Positions 23,901 to 33,969 of a DNA stretch of 64,000 nt are shown piece after piece (the first letter of the stretch is position 1; every line of letters starts with the position of its first letter). The DNA comes from Amoebophrya sp. A120 (Eukaryota; Protista; Dinoflagellata). The position numbers and the translations under genes were made by a program. The stretch covers positions 2,990,515 through 3,054,514 of the forward strand of contig CAJINV010000002.1 in the NCBI GenBank assembly GCA_905178155.1, read 5' to 3'. The notes beneath the pieces were generated by a model. The model did no database searches and was not told the origin of the DNA. It saw nothing but the letters and a program-made list of their open reading frames with translations.

Positions 23901-26900
23901 CGTGGCTTTTTGGAAGCAAGCGAAGCCGACGCCCATGCTTTGGCGCTTTTCCGCATGGGGCACCGGAAAGCTTTGCGGCTGGCTTTCTACCAGCTAGCGA
24001 AGCCGCCGCCAGATTTTTGCCGCTTTCCCGCATGGGGGCACGGAGCAAAACCACGCCACAAAGCGCCGCGGCTGGCATAATTTTGGACGGGGGCACCATG
24101 TAGGGCGCGTGGGAACTGGCACGGGGACACGGAGCAAAGCCGCGGCAAGAATTTTCCCAGAATTGGGCGAAGGTGGTGCCCGGTTTCTCGCGCAAATCGG
24201 CACGGGGACACGAAGCAAAACCGTGGCCAGAAGCTGCCCCGAACGGACACAATAGGGCGAAGGCGGTGCCCGGCTTCTCGCGCAAACTGGCGCGGGGACA
24301 CGGAGCAAAGCCGCGGCCAGAATCGCGCTCGCCGCACTGGCACACGGAGCAAAACCGCACCCCCCCCAGAATTGGGCGAGGGCGGTGCCCGGTGGCTCGC
24401 GCAAACTGGCACGGGGACACGGAGCAAAGCCGCGGCCAGAACCGCGTCCGCCGCACTGGCACACGGAGCAAGGCCGCCCCGCCCCCCCCCAGAATTGGGC
24501 GAGGGCGGTGCCCGGTGTCTCGCGCAAACTGGCACGGGGACACGGAGCAAAGCCGCGGCCAGAGCCGCACGCTCCCGCCGCACTGGCACACGGAGCGAGA
24601 CCGCCCCTCCCCAGAATTGGATGGGCGAGGGCGGTGCCCGGTTTCTCGCGCAAACTAGCACGGGGACCCTCCCGGAGCAAAGTCGCGGCCAGAGGCTCCC
24701 CCGAATTCACTGGGCGAAGGTGGTGCCCGGCTTCTCGCGCAAACTAGCATGGGGACGCGGTGCAAAGGCGCGGCCAGAAGCTTCCCGAAATTGGGCGAAG
24801 ACGGTGCCCGGGCTCTCGCGCAAACTGGCACGGGGACCCGGAGCAAAGTCGCGGCCAGAAGCTTCCCGGAGCCAACGAATTCACTGGGCGAAGGTGGTGC
24901 CCGGTCTCTCGCGCAAACTAGCATGGGGACCCGGAGCAAAGTCGCGGCCAGAAGCTTCCCAGAATTCATGGGGCGAAGGTGGTGCCCGGTTTCTCGCGCA
25001 AACTAGCACGGAGGCCCGGGGCAAAGGCGCGGCCAGAAGCTTCCCGGAACTGAGCGAAGGCGGTGCCTGGGTTCTCGCGCAAACTGGCATGGGGACCCGG
25101 AGCAAAGTCAAGGCCAGAAGCTTCCCGGACGTGACTCATTCGGCGAAGGTGGTGCCCGGTTTCTCGCGCAAAGTAGCATGTGGACCCGGGGCAAAGTCGC
25201 GGCCAGAAGCTTCCCAGAATTCACTGGGCGAAGGTGTTGCCCGGTTTCTCGCGCAAACTAGCAGGGGGACCCGGAGCAAAGGCGCGGCCGGAAGCGTCCC
25301 GGAATTGGGCGGAGATGGTGCCCGGGTTCTCGCGCAAACTGGCACGGGGACCCGGAGCAAAGTCATGGCCAGGGGCTTCCCCGAATTCACTGGGCGAAGG
25401 CGGTGCCCGGTTTCTCGCGCAAACTAGCATGGTGCCCCGGAGCAAAGTCGCGGCCAGAAGCTTTCCAGAATTCATTGGGCGGAGGTGGTGCCCGGTTTCT
25501 CGCGCAAACTAGCATGGGGACCTGGAGCAAAGGCGCGGCCAGAAGCTTCCCGGAATAAATTGGGCGAAGACGGTGCCCGGGTTCTCGCGCAAACTGGCAT
25601 GGGGACCCGGAGCAAAGTCACGGCCACAAGCTTCCCAGAATTCACTGGGCGAAGGTGGTGCCCGGTTTCTCGCGCAAACTAGCAGGGGGACCCGGAGCAA
25701 AGTCGCGGCCAGAAGCTTCCCAGAATTCATTGGGCGAAGGTGGTGCCCGGTTTCTCGCGCGAACTAGCATGGGGACCCGGAGCAAAGGCGCGGCCAGAAG
25801 CCTCCCGGAATTGGGCAAACAAAGGCGGCGCCCCGGTTCTCGCGCAAATTGGCATGGGGACCCGGAGCAAAGTCACGGCCAGAAGCTTCCCAGGGTGAAT
25901 GAATTCACTGGGCGAAGGTGGTGCCCGGCTTCTCGCGCGAACTAGCACGGGGACCCGGAGCAAAGTCGCGGCCATAAGCTACACAAGTGAAATATGCCCC
26001 CGCCCCCGGAAGTCAGCAAGTCTTGGGTGCTTAGGTAGCACCCCATCTGGTGCTTAGGAAGCACCCCGCCTTGTATTATTTGGCACCCGGATGGTCTCTG
26101 AATGATGGACCAGCTGAGACTCTTACGTCGTACGTAGAACTCCTAGGAACTTCGGTTCAAAGTGTTGGCGTTGATCTCCAGACTCATGGGACTCTGCTGG
26201 GTCAAGCTCAAGTGTCTGAGTACGACTGTAATTAAGAGCAATAGCATTGCAGCTGGCTGATCGCGAGCAAGTAATAAATAGCGTTAGCTAGTAGAAGCAC
26301 CGCCCCGATCTAGAGGATGTCTGAATATTGAAGGATCGCCAGCGCGCAAGCTTCGAGCTTTTGGCGCGGTCATGCACAGAAACAAAATCTGGGAAAAGCT
26401 CGACAGGGGGGTCCAGTCATGGGCCGGCGAATGCGGGCGATCCGGGTGTCACATAGACACCCGATCTGCCGGAATCCGGCGGCGCAGAAGAAGCCGACTT
26501 TGTGGCTGCCACATCGGGGCTGTAGCCCGTGGATTCCCTTCAGAAAAGCGGCGATCTTTTCTTTGGGGCGCCAGATCCCGGCAGATCGGGTGTCTATGTG
26601 ACACCCGGATCGGCGGACTTGCCGCATCGGGCGAGTGCAACGCCCACCCTGTGGCGCCTGCATGCAAAGACCCAACGCGCTTGCTGCAAAATGTCACAAG
26701 TGGAGCGCTCGCATGCCTACGATACCACGGCGCTCAGGGTGTGAAGTAGGCTCATCGCCGGCATGGATCGTCTTTGCTACCTGGGCAGATGGTCATCATC
26801 CCATGAGCTTGAGGTCGCGCAGCAGACTCCGACGAGTCTGCAGATCGACTGCAGCTCCTTCGTCAGCATTTTGAACAGAAGTCCCTAGGAGTTCTGCGAC

Positions 26901-29900
26901 ATAAGAGTCTCAGCTGGTCCATCATTCAGAGACCATCCGGAGCCCGACACTTGTTGGGTGCCAAATAATGCAAGATGGGGTGCTTCCTAAGCACCAGATG
27001 GGGTGCTACCTAAGCACCCCAGAGTTGGTGACTTCCGGGGGCGGGGGCATATTTCACTTGTGTATAAGCTTCCCGGAATTCACTGGGCGAAGGTGGTGCC
27101 CGGTTTCTCGCGCAAACTAGCACGGGGACCCGGAGCAAAGGCGCGGCCAGAAGCTTCCCGGAATTGGGCGAAGACGGTGCCCGGGTCCTCGCGCAAACTG
27201 GCATGGGGACCGACCCGGAGCAAAGTCACGGCCAGAAGCTTCCCAGAAGTCATTGGGCGAAGGTGGTGCCCGGTTTCTCGCGCAAACTAGCAGGGGGGCC
27301 CGGCGCAAAGTCGCGGCCAGAAGCTTCCCAGAATTCAATGGGTGAAGGTGGTGCCCGGCTTCTCGCGCAAACCAGCATGGGGACCCGGAGCAAAGGCGCG
27401 GCCAGAAGCTTCCCGGAATTGGGCGAAGGCGGTGCCCGGGTTCTCGCGCAAACTAGCATGGGGACCCGGAGCAAAGTCGCGGCCAGAAGCTTCCCGGAAC
27501 GAATTCACTGGGCGAAGGTGGTGCCCGGTCTCTCGCGCAAACTAGCATGGGGACCCGGAGCAAAGTCGCGGCCAGAAGCTTCCCAGAATTCATGGGGCGA
27601 AGCAATATGGTGGGGGCGAGAGGCATGTATGAGTTTTGCGATGTATTGGCGGAAATACATCGCAAAGCTCATACATCATACATGGAAGATTTGAGGAGAG
27701 CGACCTTCCTCACTTTCGTACATTATTTATACATCATACATTGTACATCATACATCGCAAACTCTCCGCTGTAGGTACCTCATACATCATACATCGCAAC
27801 TTCTCCGCTGTAGGTACCTCATACGTCATACATCATACACCGCAAGTTCTCCGCTCTGGGTACCTCATACATTGTACATCATACATCATACATTGTACAT
27901 GGTGCATCCTGCTTGGTACGTTGTACATCGTATATTGTACATTGTACATCGTACATCGACCACAGCTCGGCAGAGGCCCGGACGTCGAGCAGTTGCAACA
28001 GCTCGACGCGGCTGCTCCAACAGCTTGGCATGGCCTCGCTTGTCGAGCTGTTTGAACAGCTCGACAACAGCCCGACATGGACCCGGATGTCGAGCTGTTG
28101 GAACAGCTCGACAACGGCTCGACATGATGGACCCGGATGTCGACAGCTCGACATGGACCCGGATGTCGAGCTGTTCGAGCAGCTCGACAACAGCTCGACA
28201 CGGGCTCGGATGTAGAGCTGTTTGAACAGCTCGACAACAGCTCAACATGGGCCCGGATGTCGAGCTGTTTCAACAGCTCGACAACAGCTCGGCAGAGGCC
28301 CGGATGTCGAGCTGTTGCAACAGCTCGACACGGCTGCCCCACCAGCTCGACATGGACCCGGGTATCGAGCTGTTGGAACAGCTCGACAACGGCTCGACAT
28401 GGGCCCGGATGTCGAGCTGCTCGAACAGCTCGACGACCTACAATGTACAATGTACGATGTACCATGTCCAATACATCAATGTACATAATGCACAATGCAC
28501 CAATGTACAATGTATCATACATCGTACATCATACACTGGACCATGTACAATGTACGATGTGCCATGTATGATACATTGATGTATTGCACCTCATACGTTG
28601 TACATGGGAACCGTCGCGCTCTCCTCAAATCTTCCATGTGTGATGTATGAGCTTTGCGATGTATTTCCGCCAATACATCGCAAAACTCATACATGCCTCT
28701 CGCCCCCACCATACCCGAATTCACTGGGCGAAGGTGTTGCCCGGTTTCTCGCGCAAACTAGCAGGGGGACCCGGAGCAATGGCGCGGCTAGAAGCTTCCC
28801 GGAATTGGGCGAAGACGGTGCCCGGGTTCTCGCGCAAACTGGCATGGGGGCCGGCCGGGAGCAAAGCCACGGCCAGGAGCTTGCTCCCCAGAATTCACTG
28901 GGCGCAGGCGGTGCCCGGTTTCTCGCGCAAACTAGCATGGGGACCCGGAGCAAAGTCGCGGCCAGAAGCTTCCCAGAATTCATTGGGCGAAGGTGGTTCC
29001 CGGTTTCTCGCGCAAACTAGCATGGGGACCCGGAGCAAAGGCGCGGCCAGAAGCGTCCCGGAATTGGGCGAAGACGGTGCCCGGGCTCTCGCGCAAACTG
29101 GCATGGGGACCCGGAGCAAAGTCGCGGCCCGAAGCTTCCCAGAATTCACTGGGCGAAGGAGGTTCCCGGTTTCTCGCGCAAACTAGCATGGGGACCCGGA
29201 GCAAAGTCGCGGCCAGAAGCTTCCCAGAATTCATGGGGCGAAGGTGGTGCCCGGTTTCTCGCGCAAACTAGCACGGAGGCCCGGGGCAAAGGCGCGGCCA
29301 GAAGCTTCCCGGAACTGAGCGAAGGCGGTGCCTGGGTTCTCGCGCAAACTGGCATGGGGACCCGGAGCAAAGTCAAGGCCAGAAGCTTCCCGGACGTGAC
29401 TCATTCGGCGAAGGTGGTGCCCGGTTTCTCGCGCAAAGTAGCATGTGGACCCGGGGCAAAGTCGCGGCCAGAAGCTTCCCAGAATTCACTGGGCGAAGGT
29501 GTTGCCCGGTTTCTCGCGCAAACTAGCAGGGGGACCCGGAGCAAAGGCGCGGCCGGAAGCGTCCCGGAATTGGGCGGAGATGGTGCCCGGGTTCTCGCGC
29601 AAACTGGCACGGGGACCCGGAGCAAAGTCATGGCCAGGGGCTTCCCCGAATTCACTGGGCGAAGGCGGTGCCCGGTTTCTCGCGCAAACTAGCATGGTGC
29701 CCCGGAGCAAAGTCGCGGCCAGAAGCTTTCCAGAATTCATTGGGCGGAGGTGGTGCCCGGTTTCTCGCGCAAACTAGCATGGGGACCTGGAGCAAAGGCG
29801 CGGCCAGAAGCTTCCCGGAATAAATTGGGCGAAGACGGTGCCCGGGTTCTCGCGCAAACTGGCATGGGGACCCGGAGCAAAGTCACGGCCACAAGCTTCC

Positions 29901-32900
29901 CAGAATTCACTGGGCGAAGGTGGTGCCCGGTTTCTCGCGCAAACTAGCAGGGGGACCCGGAGCAAAGTCGCGGCCAGAAGCTTCCCAGAATTCATTGGGC
30001 GAAGGTGGTGCCCGGTTTCTCGCGCGAACTAGCATGGGGACCCGGAGCAAAGGCGCGGCCAGAAGCCTCCCGGAATTGGGCAAACAAAGGCGGCGCCCCG
30101 GTTCTCGCGCAAATTGGCATGGGGACCCGGAGCAAAGTCACGGCCAGAAGCTTCCCAGGGTGAATGAATTCACTGGGCGAAGGTGGTGCCCGGCTTCTCG
30201 CGCGAACTAGCACGGGGACCCGGAGCAAAGTCGCGGCCATAAGCTACACAAGTGAAATATGCCCCCGCCCCCGGAAGTCAGCAAGTCTTGGGTGCTTAGG
30301 TAGCACCCCATCTGGTGCTTAGGAAGCACCCCGCCTTGTATTATTTGGCACCCGGATGGTCTCTGAATGATGGACCAGCTGAGACTCTTACGTCGTACGT
30401 AGAACTCCTAGGAACTTCGGTTCAAAGTGTTGGCGTTGATCTCCAGACTCATGGGACTCTGCTGGGTCAAGCTCAAGTGTCTGAGTACGACTGTAATTAA
30501 GAGCAATAGCATTGCAGCTGGCTGATCGCGAGCAAGTAATAAATAGCGTTAGCTAGTAGAAGCACCGCCCCGATCTAGAGGATGTCTGAATATTGAAGGA
30601 TCGCCAGCGCGCAAGCTTCGAGCTTTTGGCGCGGTCATGCACAGAAACAAAATCTGGGAAAAGCTCGACAGGGGGGTCCAGTCATGGGCCGGCGAATGCG
30701 GGCGATCCGGGTGTCACATAGACACCCGATCTGCCGGAATCCGGCGGCGCAGAAGAAGCCGACTTTGTGGCTGCCACATCGGGGCTGTAGCCCGTGGATT
30801 CCCTTCAGAAAAGCGGCGATCTTTTCTTTGGGGCGCCAGATCCCGGCAGATCGGGTGTCTATGTGACACCCGGATCGGCGGACTTGCCGCATCGGGCGAG
30901 TGCAACGCCCACCCTGTGGCGCCTGCATGCAAAGACCCAACGCGCTTGCTGCAAAATGTCACAAGTGGAGCGCTCGCATGCCTACGATACCACGGCGCTC
31001 AGGGTGTGAAGTAGGCTCATCGCCGGCATGGATCGTCTTTGCTACCTGGGCAGATGGTCATCATCCCATGAGCTTGAGGTCGCGCAGCAGACTCCGACGA
31101 GTCTGCAGATCGACTGCAGCTCCTTCGTCAGCATTTTGAACAGAAGTCCCTAGGAGTTCTGCGACATAAGAGTCTCAGCTGGTCCATCATTCAGAGACCA
31201 TCCGGAGCCCGACACTTGTTGGGTGCCAAATAATGCAAGATGGGGTGCTTCCTAAGCACCAGATGGGGTGCTACCTAAGCACCCCAGAGTTGGTGACTTC
31301 CGGGGGCGGGGGCATATTTCACTTGTGTATAAGCTTCCCGGAATTCACTGGGCGAAGGTGGTGCCCGGTTTCTCGCGCAAACTAGCACGGGGACCCGGAG
31401 CAAAGGCGCGGCCAGAAGCTTCCCGGAATTGGGCGAAGACGGTGCCCGGGTTCTCGCGCGAGCTGGCATGGGGACCCGGGGCAAAGTCACGCGCAGAAGC
31501 TTCCCAGAATTGGGCGTGCCGCCGGCTTTTAGAAGTTAGGCCGCCCGCCAAGCGCTTCTCTCCTACCTGAAGTAGGGCCGCCAGGCAGCGGCGCCCAATG
31601 GCCCGGGGCCGATTTCCAAACGCCTGCCATCAGCCTGCAGGCCGGTGTCGGAGTCCTGCAAGTGGAAGCGAACGCGCCACCCCTCGGGCGCCCATCGGGG
31701 CGCCCTATGTTGTAGCCCGCTGGGGATGGCGCGGCACTGGCCATTCCTCTACTTCGCGACGCGCGTCCCCGTTGCGGTTGCGTTCGAATGTCGCGAGGAG
31801 CAAGCCCGCACGGCCTCGGAAACCGCTCCGACCGCCCAATGCCCTCCAAAGATGCAAGGTCTCTGCACGGGGGCCCCAGCCCCCGTGCTCGGACCTTGTT
31901 TGTAATGCATGATTGCAATTCCTACGAGTGCGATACTTTTGCACAGCATAGCGCCCGAACGGGTTGAAAATTCGGAACAAGAAGCGGTACCCGCCAAACG
32001 TATCCATAAAGCTCTCCGCGCACGACGGTCTGGTCGGGCGAAAGCACATGTTGTCCTCCACCTTCCCTGCCTACGTGATCCCCCGCGGGGAATTCTTGAT
32101 AGTGGGCGGGAGTTGCATGCTCGAGGGAGAACACGACGCGGAGATCCCGGCGTATTACTACGAGAAATTGTCGAAGTGGGAGAAGTATGGATTGCAAAAG
32201 TAGATTCTTCGTATTAATACGTGGTAAATGCATAACAAATTTGCTCAGCATGACCACGGATGAAATTTGTCATGGTGAATTGCCTACGGCTCCAGTTTTG
32301 CTTTTGTCATGCGTGATTGCAATTACCACGAGCCCATAGAAGATATTGCTTTTGCACATTATAAAAGAGGGTTGGGCACGCTGAAACTCGCGACTTCGGA
32401 GCAAGACCGGTTGAACCACGTGTGGAAGGATTTTTTGCCCACGGTGTCAAATATGAAAGTGCACAACTCCCCCTGCCTCCCCCTCATTTGTATTGCATGA
32501 AGAGCACGACGACAAGCGTCAGCAAGAATACAGGTTTTGCATGACAAATTTGGAGAGGAATGTAGTGCTGCTTGGGCTGCCAGAAGTTGTAATGCAAACA
32601 GTGCCAAGAGCCAAGGCGTAAATCTAAGGCATTTTGCATGACAAATGAGGGGGAGGGGGAGTTGTGCACTGTCATATCAAATAGGAAATACCCAGAAGAG
32701 AAATCCGGCAACGCGCCGTTGTTCCACAAAATTGGAAGAAGACCGATTCGGGAGGAGGGGGTGTTGTGTGCGGTGGACGAGAATTTGAGCTACAGCCTCG
32801 CATTGGAGTATGACATTGGGAACAATGTGGCCACCGGGGGCGGGACGACTAAAAAGCCGTTGCAGCTACCGTTTGTTTGGGCGGACAACTACGGGCACGG

Positions 32901-32982
32901 GGGTGCGGGGTGGACTCTGGCGTGGGGGTGCGCGCAAGACATCGGGGTGCAGATTGTCAAGAAATTGGCCGCGGGACACTGA
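20966..32982 (+). CDS. DAO: D-amino-acid / D-aspartate oxidase family FAD oxidoreductase; 6 introners, one 8.6 kb
   Basis: VIGNGIIGLTTA (Rossmann GxGxxG), SALAGGWWYP, DVVVNCCGL, YVIPR, IVGG, GRRPIR and NYGHGGAGWTLAWGCA occur in the correct order after splicing. Confidence 0.85.
22501..22650. mobile_element. Introner family A
   Basis: A-type TIR; TSD ATGAA. Confidence 0.9.
22688..22833. mobile_element. Introner family A
   Basis: A-type TIR; TSD CATGA. Confidence 0.9.
22885..23039. mobile_element. Introner family A
   Basis: A-type TIR; TSD TACGG. Confidence 0.9.
25980..27064. mobile_element. Non-autonomous TIR element (~170-bp TIR, 5-bp TSD), copy 1
   Basis: TACACAAGTGAAATATGCCCCCGCCCCCGGAAGTCA...TGACTTCCGGGGGCGGGGGCATATTTCACTTGTGTA; TSD TAAGC; internal hairpin ~26439-26611. 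Confidence 0.9.
27606..28713. mobile_element. Foldback-like TIR element with TAT...ATA ends
   Basis: ~100-bp TIR TATGGTGGGGGCGAGAGGCATGTATGAG...; interior of TACATCA/TGTACA and CAGCTCGACA/TGTCGAGCTG micro-repeats; no TSD (AGCAA vs CCCGA). Confidence 0.85.
29172..31451. repeat. Apparently identical second copy of ~24907-27186 (offset 4265 bp)
   Basis: Identical ORFs at offset 4265 in the ORF track; same sequence variants seen by eye. Confidence 0.9.
30245..31329. mobile_element. Non-autonomous TIR element, copy 2 (part of the segmental duplication)
   Basis: Same as 25980-27064 including TSD TAAGC. Confidence 0.9.
32186..32363. mobile_element. Introner family A, diverged
   Basis: TAT...ATA ends; TSD degenerate (AGAAG/AAAGA), but element plus 5 nt restores the frame. 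Confidence 0.75.
32452..32676. mobile_element. Introner family D (opposite orientation to 3047-3273)
   Basis: D-type TIR; TSD TCAAA. Confidence 0.9.
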
Positions 32983-33969
32983 GGAAGGAACAATTTGAAG
33001 GGAAAAACAGCTTGCCAGCGCAAGAGGCGGAATGACTTCATCGAACAAAAATATCAGTCTGTTTGGACTGCATGACGGGTGCCATGCTATTGAAGTCAAT
33101 ATTTATAGCAGGTTGATTCCTCGTCTTCAAGTTCAACATGATTCTCGAACAAAAATTACAAATACTAAAGTTTGCTGTGGCTGCATATGTGAGTCGAGCA
33201 CCAGCACTTGCGCCGTTGTTCGACGGTGCGTCTGTTCTTCGAATAATTACATATGTGAGTGCAAAAACAATTTTATTTAAACTTAGAGGCCTGCCGTGGT
33301 TGTGGCTAATGTACCAGTACGACTATCGAGCAGTGGCCCCTCCCTGGTTTATTCGTTCACCTTCTTGCCCAAATCACAGTAAGGAGGCAGAAGCCGCTTT
33401 CTGCTGCATGCAGCGTATGATAGGTCGGCTCGTTTGTTTGTGTATCGTCCGCAATTTCATCAATTTTTCGCGCACGTTCAAAGCGAATAGTCGGTTTTAG
33501 TTTTTTCGTGCACACTTGCCGCATTTTTTCTTGTTCGCGTCCTCCGACACAACTGCAATTGGTCTTCGGTCTCCGTCCACATTTTGACAAGAAGTACCGA
33601 TCGTGCTGTCTGTGATGCGTTTTTTCCCTTCGTGCGTTTTTGTCGTGCAACCAGAATGTCAACGTGAGAAGTTTTTTTTCGGCACTGCAACGAAGATGAA
33701 CAGTGCGCGTTATACTCTTTGCCCTGTCTTCCTTCCAGGTGGTCGTGATTGAAAACCTCGGCCTTATTTCAGAATTCCTTGTTGACCCACGAAGAACATA
33801 AATTACCCCGTACTAAGATTTAGAAAACATAAACAACCAGAAGGACGAAAAATACTAAACAACAAGTCTAGAACCACTAGAAAGAACAACCGAACTCGAT
33901 TCATTGCTCCATTGCCTAGGAAGTAAGTAGAAGAAAGAAGAACTACAAGCTTCCCAAACCAGCAAAAAA

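Larger units (their letters stand above)
23830..31510. repeat. GC-rich satellite of 85/81-bp units, interrupted by three ~1.1 kb TIR elements
   Basis: Unit GAATTCACTGGGCGAAGGTGGTGCCCGGTTTCTCGCGCAAACTAGCATGGGGACCCGGAGCAAAGTCGCGGCCAGAAGCTTCCCA (85 bp), plus an 81-bp variant. Confidence 0.95.
23317..31950. mobile_element. Giant introner (family A ends) with ~8.5 kb nested repeats
   Basis: Left arm 23317-~23412, right arm ~31899-31950; TSD GCGCC on both sides; join gives VFQR-PNGLKIRNKK in frame. Confidence 0.9.

Noticed and set aside
23543-31918. Many 60-350 aa ORFs on both strands
   Set aside because: They are translations of GC-rich satellite and TIR repeats inside an intron.
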